From NCBI RefSeq assembly GCF_000143415.4, contig NW_003314280.1:1905549-1969548 (forward strand): a stretch of DNA of 64,000 nucleotides. Reading direction: 5' to 3'. Positions 42,639-56,580 of this stretch are shown piece after piece. Within the stretch, counting starts at the first letter, position 1; each line of letters starts with the position of its first letter. Source of the stretch: Selaginella moellendorffii (lineage: Eukaryota > Plantae > Lycopodiophyta). The notes under the pieces were generated by a model that did no database searches, was not told the origin of the DNA, and worked only from the letters and a program-made list of their open reading frames with translations. The position numbers and the translations under genes are program-made.

Positions 42639-43554
42639 TGTCGCGAATGTGACTTCGGGTATCAAAAGATACTTGTCGGCTAGTCCTTACGGACACTCTT
42701 TCCTTACTGCCATGACGGCAGAAGGTCGGTACAGTTGGTTCTCTTTATTGTTCCCACTTGAGCTAGTTGAGAAACTAGTCAATGACCGTGTACTTAAATC
42801 GGATAAACATAAGGTAGGAACCCTATGTGTTTCTTGCTGAGCATACTCGGCCTGGTTTGAGAAACTCCTGTCATTGGCTTACACTTGCTAGTATCAAGAA
42901 CCCCCACGTATTGAGACTAGTCCCTCAATATCACTGAATGATAGCTTACCGTGTTTGCCAAACACCCTTGCTGTCATGCCCTTAGTGTTGGTCTCATTTC
43001 GGTCCCATATGCTATTTATGGAAAGTGTCTATATTCACTCGTTTGGCATATCTACGGAATGTAGAGATCGGCCTGAACACAATGGTGTTCGTTCTATGTC
43101 AAAATTCGCAATCTAAGGACATTCCATATTTAGTAAGGTTCAAGCTTGTCCCAGAGATTAACTCCTGGTACTAAGGGAGGCTTGGGGTGAAAGCCCAAAG
43201 CGTGTATTCCTCAAGGGGGTGGGGGGTTGTGGGGGGTTCCAAATGTATAGTAGGGATAGTGGTTGGAATGCATGTCCGACCACCTGAAACATTAATTTGG
43301 CTCCCGCTGGGCTGTGTTGCTCCTTATTCTGCGTCCGGCTTGGGTCTAAGCCCAAGCTCCACACTGCTCTAGTCGGTGGAGTACCCTCCTCCTCGCGTTA
43401 AGCCACCGGTATGCCAAAATTGTGCCAGACTCCATCTAACACCATTTTGTGTGTAAGTGCTAGATACGAGGAGCTAGTGCTCGTAGGATAGTACCGGACC
43501 CTCATTCGTAGCACAACGGGCTTGGAGTTTGGCTCCAAATTTAGGTGCACTACA
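42639..43554 (+). repeat. 5' LTR of the chromovirus (916 bp)
   Basis: TG...CA ends; direct repeat of 48753..49587. Confidence 0.92.
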
Positions 43555-43727
43555 TTTGGTATCAGAGGAATTGTCTCAGTGATTCCTATCCAACTTTTGT
43601 TGGATTTTCTGACTCAAGTTGCATACATAGAGACTTTTCTAGTAGATCCAAAGCGACCTGTGTAGGATTAGTTGGATAGCACCATTCAGTCAAAACGTTG
43701 TATATATGTTTAGTTACTGATAGAGGC

Positions 43728-46700
43728 ATGTATGCAACTAGCAGGATGGTGAAGAGAAACCGTGCTGATGATGCTGAAAACTCTAGACGGGCAAATCAAG
43801 AGGAGGAAACTCCTGCTAGAGATGCTGCAGAAGAGGCTGAGGCTGAGTCGGAAGAGGAAGAGCTAGATGCTGCGGCGTTGCAACATATGGCTTAGGAAGT
43901 CAAGATCGAGAATTTGCGAAGGGAGATTCGCAAATTGAAGAAGGAGAACAACAAGAGAAAGAAAGAAGCTGAGGTAGCTAAACCAGCTAAGCCTAAGCAA
44001 CCATACTTCTCTTTGAGTTTTGAGGATGATGAAGTTTTGCAGCCGCCCCCGGTTGCACGAGTTTCAATGTTCAAGCCTCTGAAACCACCCCACTTCATAG
44101 GCATGCGGGATTATCAAGTTTTGGAGGATTGGGTCTACCATATGGAAAATTATTTCATAGTAGCAAATGTAGATGATCGTACGAAAGTTGTATGCATGCA
44201 ATCCTTTCTCACCGATCATGCCAAAACGTGGTGGCGCCAGGTATGTGCTGAAAAAGGGCAGACTAGCAGTTGGACCAAGATGCGGTCTTGTATCCGTAAG
44301 GAATACTTGCCGGATGATCTTGGTTTGAGACTTCACACGGAGCTGCGGCGGTTAAAGCAGTGAGGGGATCTCATGCATTACGTTAATGCGTTTTCTCAGA
44401 AGCGCATTATGATTGCAAATATGAATGACGAAGATGCTCAGAGTTATTTCTTGGAGGGTTTAAGTTCACTTTCTCATAATGAGATTTTTAAGTTTAAGCC
44501 AAAGACGTACCTGGAGTGTAAGGAGGTAGCGTAGCAAGTTGCCTTTAGTCACTCACTCATGGAACAATATCAGCAATCGTATGCTGGTAACTCAGATAAG
44601 AATAAAAATTCTGGGAATAAACAAGGTGATTGGAAACAGAGGGTGGAAGGCAGGTTCCGCTCTGGAAGCTCACAAACAACGGTTAACAAAGGTGGTGGTG
44701 GTTGGAGACCACCAGCAGCTTCTTTTGGTCTTAGGCCCTTTGTCCCTCCTCCTAGTGGGTACAAGCAGTAGCAACTTACAAAACTTGCTCCTAGAGGAAT
44801 GGGTAATGTGGGTCATTGTTTCCATTGTGGAGAGTCGGGACATAGGTCCTCGGAATGTCCCAACAAGCATAAGACAAGGTCTCAGGTTAATGTCATGAGG
44901 GAAGACGGTGGTGGTGAAGTTGAAGGGGTTGACGAGTTGGTCAATGTAGACTATGAGGAAGAAGAGGTGAGTAACTTTTGTTGCTTTCCTCAAGCTTTTC
45001 TTGCAGTCAATGCAAACACTGATCCATTGATGTATTTGGTAGGCTTTGTCTGTGGACACCGAATCCAAGTGATTATTGACACGGGAGCTACGCACAGCGT
45101 GATATCCGAAGACTTAGTTAAATTGTTAAGATTGAATGCTGAGCAAATATCGCCTATGCACTTCCAGTTTGTGGAAGGTGAGCAAGTAGCTAAAAAATTT
45201 GTGAGTGATATTCCAATAAAAATATCCAAGTGGAAAGAAAGAGTGGACTTGGTAGTGTTGAAGATACCAGATTTTCAGATGGTGTTTGGTATGGACTTCT
45301 TCAACAAATATATAAAAGAGATTTATGGTGCTGGACAAAGTCATATAACGTTAAAGTCCGAAGGATGTCTCGATGTATCCTTTCAGTTGCAAAAGCGTTC
45401 CTCAAAGGATTGGGATGCAAAGTTCCTGACTGCGAGGGCCGCTCAAAAAGCAGCTAAGAGGGGATGTCAGACTTTTTGGGTTCAAGTGATGGAAGCTGAG
45501 GGTGTTGGTGACTCAGTTCGAATTAGTGATGAGGTTGATCCAATACCAAAGAAGATATTAGAGTTGTTGGCACGGAATTAAGATATCTTCCTGAAGGATT
45601 TGCCGCCAGGGCTACCTCCTAGCCGTGAGGTTGATCATCGGATTGAGGTTATTCTGGGTTCTAAACCACTTATGAAAGCTCTATATCGGTTGAACATCAA
45701 GGAGATGGCTGAACTCAAGAAGCAACTCACAGAGCTTCTTGACAAAGGTCATATCCAACCAAGCAAGTCACCTTATGGAGCGCCGGTCCTTTTTGTTATG
45801 AAAAAGGATGGAACCATGAGGATGTGTATTGACTATCGGGCACTCAACAAGCTCACGGTTAAAAATAGTTATCCTTTGCCACGCATTGATGACTTGTTTG
45901 ACCAACTCTTAAAGGCTAAGTATTTTACGCAATTCGATTTGCGGTCCGGGTATCATTAGATACGGGTGGCAGATCAGAATGTGGAGAAGACAGCCTTTAA
46001 GACTCAGTATGGATCTTATGAGTTCCTTGTCATGCCGTTCGGGTTATGCAATGCTCTAGCAATGTTTAGCACTATAATGGATAGAATATTTGGAGATTAT
46101 TTGGACGCATTTGTTGTCCTATATATCGATGATGTTCTAGTCTTTAGTGAAACGTTGGAGGATCATTTGAAACACTTGGAGCTGGTGTTTCAGAAGTTGC
46201 GCGAACACAAACTATATGCTAAGGAAAGTAAATGCACTTTTGGTTAATTGCACATAAACTTTCTGGGATATATAGTTGGTGGTGGTGTGATTGAGGTCGA
46301 TCCAAAGAAGGTGGAAGCAGTGAAGTCCTGGGAAGTCCCGACCACTGTATCAGATGTTCGTTCCTTTCTCAATTTGGTGGGATACTATCGCAAGTTTGTC
46401 CGTAATTTTGCAAGAATTGCTCTTCCGTTGACTGAGTTGATGAAGAGTAGTATTCTGTTTCATTGGACACCAGCTTGTCAGCGTGCTTTTGCACGGTTGA
46501 AGGAGATCTTGACTACGGTTCCTATTCTCAGGATCCCAGATCTTGATAAACCCTTCGATGTGCATTGTGATGCATCTGGTTATGCTATCGGTGCCGTGTT
46601 GTAGCAAGATTGTGACAAAGCGGTTGGTGTTACGCTAAGGCAACATGGTTGTCCCGTTGCATTCTATTCCAAGAAATTGGATGAAACTCAACGAAGATGG

Positions 46701-48164
46701 CCAACGCATGAGAAAGAGATGTTTGCTATAGTGTCGGCCCTGGAACACTGGAGACATTACTTGGGTGGACATACCAAGGTTTATACGGATAGTAACACAC
46801 TGAGCTACTTTGCTACGCAGCCTAAACTTATGCCAAAGCAAGCTTGTTGGCAAGAAAAGCTTGCTAGATATGATATTGAAATCATATATAAACCTAGTAA
46901 AGACAATATTGTTCCGGATGTGTTGAGTCGTCAGGCTCAATTCCGGGCAATATCGGCAATCAGTTCGGACTGGTTGGAGGACGTTCGGGCTTTGTATAGA
47001 AGTGACCATTGGCAAAGGCAATTTTATGCCATGCAGGGTTGTTGAAGCAGAGCCTTGATAGCGAAGCAGCAAAAGTTGCTAGTTGCACTAATGCAAAGCT
47101 TCACTTCTCAGTTCGGGATGGGCTTATATTCTATAAGCAAGAAAGATTGTATCTTCCCTCTAAGGATCTTCAGCAGTTACTTCTGGGGGAATATCATGAT
47201 GTTCCAGCAGCGGATATGATGGACAGCGAATGACTCTGGCTTCGTTGAAAAAGGGATTTTTCTAGTCTGGTATGGAAGGAGATGTGGCAGACTATGTCCG
47301 TTCTTACCCTATATTCCAGCAATGCAAGCGCAGAACTGAGAAGTAGGCTGGAAAGTTGCAGTGCATTCTAGCACCGGCATGGCCGATCCTGATGGGTAGA
47401 CCGAATACGTGAATGCTCAAGTTGAGGATTATCTGCAGTACTATGTTGCGGCGGACCAATGCGATTGGGTTGAGCATTTGGATACAGTAGAAATATATTA
47501 TAACAACACATTTCACATTGCTATAGGCTGTTCTCCATAGGAGATGCTGCAAGGGAATGCTTGTGGGGTTCCTCAATAGATTGTTGTACCGAAACCTATG
47601 TCCGAAATGTTGGTCTTGGCTGTTGAGACTTATGCGGAGCAACTTTGCCAAGGTTGGTCTAGGGCTACTAAGGCGATGGGCAAAGCTTAGGATAGGTATC
47701 GACATGATAAGGATCAGCATTGTCGGGATGTATCCTATCAAGTGGGAGATCAGGTGTGGCTATCTTCCCGGAATTTGAACATTAAGGGATGTTTATCTCG
47801 GAAGTTATTGCCAAGATATGTTGGACCCTATCGGGTGGTGAAGCGAGTTGGTGATGTATCCTATAAGTTGGATCTTCCGGATGAATTGTCTAATGTACAT
47901 GATGTGTTTCATGTCAGTTTACTAGCACCATATCATGTTGCTGCGGATTGCTCTGTGGACATTTGTCCCCCTCTAGAAGTTGTGAATGGTGAGTATGAGG
48001 TTGAAGCGATTCTCTTGTCTTGTAAAGCTCATGGTGGTCGTTCTAAGGAATCTCTAGTTAAGTGGAAAGGTTACCCAACTTGTGAATCAACTTGGGAACC
48101 TCTTAGGAATTTTACACATGCTTGTGAGCTTGTCACGGAGTATAAAAATAGTAATAAAGACTAG
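43728..48164 (+). pseudogene. Disrupted gag-pol of the chromovirus
   Basis: Successive ORF fragments separated by stops and frameshifts, domain order gag-PR-RT-RH-IN-CHD. Confidence 0.9.
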
Positions 48165-48752
48165 TTTTTGTAAAACCCTTGTAATAAATCTTAAAGTAAT
48201 ATATTTTTATCAAACAAAGTGTCGTTTCTTTCTTGGGTCAGTTTTGGCAGGCTGACTTTAGCACTTCGGTGCACGGGTCCAATCCATAACCATGGGGATA
48301 ACTATTATAGTCTGATCATAGGTCCTTGCCTCTCTCTCAATGACTCATTTTCGAAAAGGGGCGTGGTCGTGTAAACAACTTAATCTGCCAGTTTATAATA
48401 GTTGTCTAAATCTTCCTAATAGGGTTGATTTCTTGCTCAGGGGCAGTTGGGCCTCTAGCCTTCTCCCTCTGTCCCTGCGGGCAAGGATGTATCATTCCTT
48501 TGTAAACCGAGTGGTACTTGGAGCAGCAAGGGTGGCTAACTCTGTTAGTCATTTCCTTGTCGGTGACAGCCGGAGGGTGCCTGAGTCTTAACGTCTTTGG
48601 ATGTAGAGGAGAGGTCATTCCATAACTCATTTAAGTTAGTGTATTTCCCACATAGTGTGCTTTCCGTTAACTTTCAAAGTTGTTTCCTTGATGGTTTGCT
48701 AGACTCGGGTATGCATCGACAAGGACGTCGATCTTCCCCAAGGGGGGGAGAG

Positions 48753-49587
48753 TGTCGCAAATGTGACTTCGGGTATCAAAAGATACTTGTCAGCTAGTCC
48801 TTACAGACACTCTTTCCTTACTGCCATGAAAGTAGAAGGTCAGTACAGTTGGTTCCCTTTATTGTTCCCACTTGAGCTAGTTGAGAAACTGGTCAATGAC
48901 CGTGTACTTAAATCGGATAAACATAAGGTAGGAACCCTATGTGTTTCTTGCTAAGCATACTCAGCCTGGTTTGAGAAACTCCTATCATTGGCTTGCACTT
49001 GCTAGTATCAAGAACCCCCGCGTATTGAGACTAATCCCTCAATATCACTGAATGATAGCTTATCGTGTCTGCCAAACACCTTCGCTATCATGCCCTTAGT
49101 GTTAGTCTCATTTCGGTCCCATATGCTATTTATGGAAAGTGTCTAGATTCACTCGTTTGACATATCTACGGAATGTAGAGATCGGCTTGAACATAATGGT
49201 GTTCGTTCCATGTCCAAATTCGCAATCTAAAGACATCCCATATTTAGTAAGTTTCGAGCTTATCCTAGAGACTAACTCCTGGTACTAAGAGAGGCTTGGG
49301 GTGAGGGGGTTCCAAATGTATAGTAAGGATAGTGGTTGGAATGCATGTCCAGCTCCTTGTTCTGTGTCCGGCTTGGGTCTAAGCCCAAGTTCCACGCTGC
49401 TCTAGTCGGTGGAGTACCCTCCTCCTCATGTTAGGCCACTGATATGCCAAAATTGTGCCAGACTTCGTTTGACACCATTTTGCGTGCAGGTGCTAGATAT
49501 GGGGAGCTGGTGCTCGTGGGATAGTACCGGACCTTTGTTTGTAGAGCAATGGGCTTGGAGTTTGGCTCCAAATTCATGTGTGCTAAA
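48753..49587 (+). repeat. 3' LTR of the chromovirus (835 bp)
   Basis: Follows the PPT; two ~40-bp deletions and numerous transitions relative to the 5' LTR; terminal CA mutated to AA. Confidence 0.92.
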
Positions 49588-52362
49588 GTAACACACCTTA
49601 TCTCTCTCCTTAAACCAATTAAAAAAGGGACAATTACTTGATGAGAGAGCCCTTAGTAACTATTTTACTCCAAGGATTTACAATGACAATATATTTAAAT
49701 TTCATCCCATGATTATATATGCTATAATGGATAAAAAAAAACTTCACAGAATTAAAGGAGGATATAGGAGGATAACATTCCCCTATATCTTGGGGCATCT
49801 TAAGGATGCTAAAAAGTGGTTATATTATGACTACTCATAAATGGAAGGTTTAATCTTCAAAAGACAAAACCATGGTATAAGTGGCTTTAGACCATCAATA
49901 TAATAGTCAGGATAGATATAGCTTTAATATAAAAGGTTGGTACTTCAGTAGTATCTTCAGGTGTTTAAGATGGGATTAAACATATAAAACATTTGGACCA
50001 AGTGCAAAGTTGGCATGACCTTGAGATCACCTTTAAAGACTAATAAATATCCCATGTTGGAATGAGGATTTATAGAGGTTGTGAGTGAAATTTCTTTAAG
50101 TGGTCAATGGCATGGTTAAATGACTAAATTAAATTGAATTAGAAAATTTAATCACTTACAACAGTGTTTGATGTAATGTATGACTCATCTTTATGGATAT
50201 TGTCCACTTTTTCACATTGTTCCTAATGAAGTATATGGATTGACAACATTCATAAACTTATATGTAAAGGAGTTTCCATCACCTTTTTTTGTCTTCTTCT
50301 TTTCTATTTCTTCTCTTCTTTGTTAACACTAGGAAAAAGGGGCCACCATAAACACTGAGGAACAAGCTTGTTCAAATATGGAGAGCACAAAGTAAAGCAT
50401 TTTTTAATATCAAACTTGAAGTGGTTAGTAATCCTTTAGTTCCTTCTTCTTCTTTTCTTTTTTATATGTCAAGTTCAATATAGGTGGGGTATTAGAATGA
50501 TGGTTTTTACTTCCATTTGATTAACTTTATATTCTATACACATAATGGCTTTACAAAATTTACTAGAAGCTTTGATAAGTAATCTTCTTTCCATAAATTT
50601 GATCCTTGTGAAGCTTCTTCACAATCTTATACCTCATATCATCATCATTACTAAAGATGTAAGCATAGTTTCACTGACTTCTTCAATAACTCAAGCAATA
50701 TTGTTTCCTAAGTTATATGCCCCTCATAAGCATAGTGTAAGCAACCAAAGAAAATGACTTGAGAAACAATCCATGGGGTTCAAATATAGAGGGAAAGGGC
50801 CTATGAATAAGAGTGCACCCCTTTTTCCAATCGGTTAAAGGTCTTGGGATAGTTAGGGTTAAATGTCCTTGGGTTTAAATAGTACTGGCCTGAGTGACCT
50901 CTCGGGAAGTCTAAATTCAAAGATTTACATATGGTGCTTTTGGTTTTGAATATTATATAAGCATAGTTCCTTCTGGCATGTGGCTATATCTCGTAGAAAA
51001 AGTTTCTTTTTCAAGAAATGGAGCATTAAACAGGTTTGTTGTTATTCCTTCAAAACTCATGATTTATTTCCTTAGATAGCTGAAAGCTTGCTCAAACTCT
51101 CCAAGTCAGAAGGCAAAGCTCTAGTGTATATGGAGAATCACAACTAGTTTTCTTTTCATTGCAGAGAAACTATTGCATGTTATAGTCCATATTTGGTGGG
51201 AAATCTCTCTTCCAAGCACTTATCATTGAGAAGAATATGGAATGCCTAGATGCTAGAAACTATTTCCATGAAAGTTTATATGTTTCATACTTTAGTTTTG
51301 ATCTTTGTAGATGACCAAGCTTCTCATTGCTTCTTTAGGCAGGTCACTATTCATGGGTAATGAGTTTGGCCATACAAAGGTACTTTTCATTGTTCCTTGG
51401 TGGTCTTTAAGAAAGAGATTTTACACATATGGAGAGCAAGCAATAATTACTCATACAAGTTTACTTGTCAGAGATGGTCCTTACTGGATGACAAATGGCA
51501 CATAAAGTTTGCAGAGTTTGACATTGTAAGTAGAGACAACATCATTTCTCTCCAAGACTCTTGTCTTATTAGCAATTGATGCGAGCACCTATGGCAATCG
51601 AGCAGAATTATTTGTTTCTCAGTGATGCACCAGCAACAAACTTGCAAGTCTGTTTCCTCTTCTTTTTTATGTTTTTAGGTTTCTCAGGATCAATGTCTTT
51701 AACACAAAATTGTTCCTCACACCACCACAATTGAGTGTAGGGGTATGTCAACTAGAAGCTTTTGCCTGTCTCTCATGTAAGATTGCTATAGGTTTATAGA
51801 CTTGCAAAAATTTAGGATGCCTCAGTTAGTGTGATGTAAAAAAGCTGGAAATTATTACAGAGCAATGACTTCTCATTTTCTTAAATACTGTGAACTCAAT
51901 TTTGCATTGATGTCAAGTAAAAATTCATGCAACCTCAATTGACATTTATGAATTCAGTGAGTTCATGCATTGCATACCACCATGTATCCATAACCAATCA
52001 AAAGCCTAAAAACTTATATGGAAGCCACTTTTCATGGTATTTTAATATTTGTTAGATCAATATTTGTTAGCTTTTCTTTACTAATAGTTCATTGATATAT
52101 ATAAAACCTAGATATGTTGCAATAAAAAATACTTCCTTTGGTTTTTAAAATTAGAATTTGAGATAGACATTTAGTCATGTGGAATATAAACATATCTTAT
52201 CTAAGGATGGGATTTCAACAAAGTTTTTCTTCAACAATGCAAGAAATTACAGTATAGTGAAGGTTTTGTGACAGCTATTAGAGTTTTTGTCATTTGCAAG
52301 AAATGCAAAGATCATATGAGCAAGTTTTATATGAGAATGCACTAATATATTTAGTCCATTTG

Positions 52363-52503
52363 GTTGTTCCATCCAGAGGTGTTCTGGTAAACATAAGTAT
52401 TGGTAGTGAATTTCTAATAGCTTATATTTACTATAAATACTTATGTATTGTTCCATCCATAGGGGTTCTAGTAAACATAAGTATTGGTAGTGAATTTCTA
52501 ATA
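52363..52503. repeat. Two-copy ~55-bp direct repeat, period ~85 bp
   Basis: ttgttccatcca.agg.gttct.gtaaacataagtattggtagtgaatttctaata x2. Confidence 0.8.
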
Positions 52504-52894
52504 ACTTTCTGATAAATGTATTATTCCAAAAACTTTTATTCCAAATATTTTAGAATGAATTCATCCTCCTTTACTATGATCTTATTGTGCTTAGATTTAT
52601 CTAAAAAAATTATATTAATCAATAAGAACTAAGACTTTATAACTAGAAGTCTCAAACTAAACAAACATATAATAATTTTAACAAAGATTGAAACTAAGTC
52701 TCCTAGAGTTTTAAGCAACTTCTGTGTGTGTGTGTGTACTTAAAGGCAAATATTTGTATTTATATATGACAATGGTTTGATGCAATTTCTCCAGCCAGGA
52801 CATACTGTGTAAAAGCTGTGTTGCAAGTTATTGTAGTCTCTATTGTTATAAATTAGTGTTAAATCAGTATATCAAATAGATTGGAGTCTCACAT

Positions 52895-53059
52895 TGTGAG
52901 TATGGAAAGGGAATACAGAAATGTGCATCTCAATTAACCCAAAAACCCTAGCTTATATACAGGAGCGAGTGGTCCGGATTGAAACCAATCCGACGGCTAC
53001 CAAAATCCACTACGCTAATATTAGTATACGGCATCGTAGCCGTACACTTGGCCCTCACA
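52895..53059 (-). repeat. 3' LTR (165 bp)
   Basis: Identical to 57722..57886; adjacent to the PPT. Confidence 0.95.
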
Positions 53060-53091
53060 TTATCCCCTCCTCTCGGAATAATGGAAGGCCG

Positions 53092-56000
53092 TCAGGGTTC
53101 TCTTGTAGATGGGCCGGGATCTGGAGGAACGTCAGGAGGAGGCATCGGTGGATCTGTAGACGGTATTAACTGCTCCTGATCCCTCTGTATGAAGCGTTTT
53201 AACCGCTGCACATGCACAATCTCCGGAGGATCAGCCTGCTGAACGTTATGCCGAACCTCATAAACTTGTGGTCCAACTTGCCGCAACACCCGATACGGTC
53301 CTTTCCACTGCGCAAGGAGCCCCTTAGATAAACCACGCACCGTAAGATGGGGAAAACGGACTAACACCAAATCATCCACTTTGTACTCCGCTGGTGGACG
53401 ATGATGGGAATTGTAGCGCCGTTGTTGTCCCACTTGTACGCGGCCTAAGTGTTCAGCAGACTCTGCTCGGACAAGTGGAAGAATGCTTGTCAAATATTGA
53501 TCCCATGACCTAGCATCAAGAGCTCGTGGCAATCGCGAAGGTAAACCTAGCTCTGTTGGTAATATTGGATCATGACCATATAGAAGTTTATATGGTGAAG
53601 CACCAACAGAACTCTGCACCCCTGTGACATAAGCATACCGAAGAGACGGCAAATAACCATCCCAATCCGAATGTTGAAAGTTCACATACTTCGCAATCAT
53701 CCCTTTGAATGTCCGAACGAGCCGTTCCACCAGACCGTCTGATTGTGGATGATAAGCACTCGTAAAAGTGTGGCATATCCCCAACCGAGATGTCAAAACA
53801 TGAAATACCTCAGCCATAAATGCAGGACCATTATCCGAAAGAATCCGTTCTGGACAAGAATGCTGGAACACCACTCGATTGAGGAGGAAGTATCCAACAG
53901 CAGTTGCAGAGGCACTAGCAAGAGCACCAACTTCCACCCAATGAGTCAAGTAGTCAGAAGCAATAATAACATACTCATTGCCAGCAGTCGATCGCGGAAA
54001 AGGTCCCATAAGATCAAACGCCACCAACTCAAACGGACGAGAAACTGCAATTGACTCCAACCGTCCTTCCGCAGCACAAGGGGGAGTATTACGAGCTTGG
54101 CACCAAACGCAGCTACGCACATACCGGATAATATCACGTCGCATCTCTGGCCAATAGAAAGATCTGCGCAACTTCTCGGTGACACGACGGTGTCCCATAT
54201 GCCCACCTAGAATAGGAGAATCATGGTAGGCATGGAGAAACCGCGGAATAAACACCGAAGGCACCACCAGCCGTAAATGAGCATCAGGATCCATCCCCAC
54301 AAAATAAAGAAGGCCATCTTCAAGGCGATATTGAGAATGTAAATGCCGAAAAGGCAAGTCATCAGCAAGTGATGCAGGATTCTCAAACTCATCTCGAAGC
54401 CTTCGAATCCACGGCTCAATCTTTTGAGCCTCGCGAACCTCATCCAGAGAAGGTAGATCTTGCTCTACGCCCTGTGGACACTGAACGTCAAGGACAGCAA
54501 CCGCCGACGGCACAGAATCCTCATCTAGAAAATCCACAGATGCTGGAACAACAGGTTCATCAGAAACATGAGAAGTGAGTGGAGAAGGAAGAGGAGCTCG
54601 AGAAAGGGCATCAGCATCAGCCATAGAACTCCCTGGGCGATGAACAACATCGAAATCATATATCTGAAGCTTCAAAGCCCATCGAGCCATACGACCAACC
54701 AGGTTCTTCCGCTTCAATAATGAAGTAACAGCAGCATGGTCACCTTCAAGTAACGTCCGAGAACCATGTAGATAGGCATGAAGTTTCTCGAAACCCCAGA
54801 CTGCTGCTAAACACTCTTTCTCCGTCGTGGAGTAGTTCATCTCCGCTGGTTGTAATGTACGGCTTATGTATGCAATGGGATGGCGCTGACCAGGCACACT
54901 CGAGCTCTCTTGCATCAACACACCTCCAAGACCAATGTCAGAAGCATCCACGCGCAAAATAAAAGGTCGAGTGTAGTCAGGATATGCCAAAACCGGAGGA
55001 GTCGTCAATAGCTCTTTGAGATTCACGAACGCCCGCTCACAATCGGGAGACCAGATGAAAGATGACGTTGATGACTTCAGCAACGCTCGCAATGGTAAAG
55101 TGCGATCGGAAAGATGATCCACAAAACGACCGAGATACTGCACCTTACCCAAAAAGCGCTGCACATCATTCACACACTTCGGAGTAGGGAACTTTAGAAC
55201 AGCCACAAGTTTGTCAGGATCAACTTGCAAACCCTCACGAGAAATACGGTACCCAAGATAAGTTGTGTCCTTGGACCCAAACACGCACTTCGACCGCTTC
55301 AGCTTTAAACCAACGTCGCGTAGCCGATCCAACACTTTACAAACATCACGAACATGCTCCTCCCACGTCCCCTCCGAGTGGATCAAGACATCATCAATGA
55401 AGTCAGCCGTCACCTCTGGCATATCGCAAAGAACCTCGTCCATCATTCGCTGAAAAGTTGCTGGAGCATTGTTCAAACCAAACGGCATCACCAAAAACTC
55501 GTACAAACCAAATGGTGTACGAAAAGCAGTCTTAGGAATATCGTCTTCAGCCATCGGTACTTGCCAATACCCAGAAGCAAGATCTAGCTTGGTGAACCAA
55601 CGACTTCGCCCTAGACGATCCAAGAGATCAGCAGTGTGAGGAAGAGGGTACACGTCCGGGATCGTCACTTCATTTAACGGACGATAGTCGATGCAGAAAC
55701 GAATACTCCCATCAGGCTTCGTCACAAGATGAGGTTCACATGCCCAAGGACTCCGCGACTTCCGAATAACACCCTTCTCCAACATCTCCTTGACGTTTGC
55801 ACGTAAAATCTTGATCTCCTTGGGTGACCGACGACGAACAGGAACCTTGATTGGACGAGCATCCCCGGTTGGAATGGGATGACGTGTGGCAATCTTGGCC
55901 CCAGACGATAGGTCAAATTCAAAGAGATCAGAATACTCCTTCATGAGCTGATCAACAGCTGCAACACAAAGATCATCGGAGGGATCGGAAAAGGGAAGAG

Positions 56001-56580
56001 CAGAACAAGATGGAAACACAAGAGGAAATAATGGGGGAACAAAAGTAATGGAAGCAGAGGTAGAAGTAGAGGGACGAAGAGGTACAGAAGTGAGAGGAAT
56101 GGATGAAACATAAGGAAGTATGAGACAAGGGGGAAAAGCCTCAAAGTCACACTTGGCATGATTGTGCTACAACCAATCCATACCAAGAATGAGGTCAAAA
56201 GCTTGACTCGGCACCACCCGCAACGACTGCAACTCAAGCTCGAGATCGCCCACACGCACAACCAGGTCCGCCTCATCTCGTGCACATGCATGTGTACGGC
56301 CGTTGCCATAAAGAATGAAAACTGGATCCGCCGCACGACGCAAGTGTAGACGACAACGTGTGGCAACAGGTCGAGCAATAGAAGATAAACTCGAACCTGT
56401 ATCAACCAACACGGAGAGAAGAATAGGAGACCTCTTGTTATAAAAACGAGCTTGGAAAGTAAACACTGGATGAACCGGTGCCGAGTGAACCCCTTGATGA
56501 TACTCCCGAAAGAAAGATGGAGGGGTCACTAACTTATTCGCGCAAGGTCCCTCCATTACTCGCGCGACTCCTCGTTTCCC
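53092..56580 (-). CDS. pol: Pol (protease-RT-RNase H-integrase), reached by -1 frameshift; one in-frame TAG at 56167-56169
   Basis: VDTGS, LILGMDWL*, RFCIDYRPLN, MPFGL, FIDD, VDASDIGLG, HHCC zinc finger, SDNG, SDGLVER, WKGPY; ORFs 56167..56691 and 53092..56019 share one frame. Confidence 0.9.
56517..56580 (-). promoter_or_regulatory. -1 programmed ribosomal frameshift signal (slippery heptamer + H-type pseudoknot)
   Basis: G_GGA_AAC in the gag frame, 6-nt spacer, 9-bp stem 1 and 8-bp stem 2. Confidence 0.85.

Larger units (their letters stand above)
42639..49587 (+). mobile_element. Degenerate Ty3/gypsy chromovirus LTR retrotransposon
   Basis: Paired LTRs, PBS TGGTATCAGAG (tRNA-iMet) at 43557, PPT 48740-48752, TSD GTAAT/GTAAC; gag, CCHC, protease DTGA, RT YIDD, RNase H, partial integrase, GPY motif, chromodomain (EYEVEAIL..LVKWKGYP..STWEP); many in-frame stops. 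Confidence 0.95.

Noticed and set aside
42577-48954. Near-identical short ORFs at 42577..42840 and 48763..48954
   Set aside because: They lie in the two LTR copies; not duplicated genes
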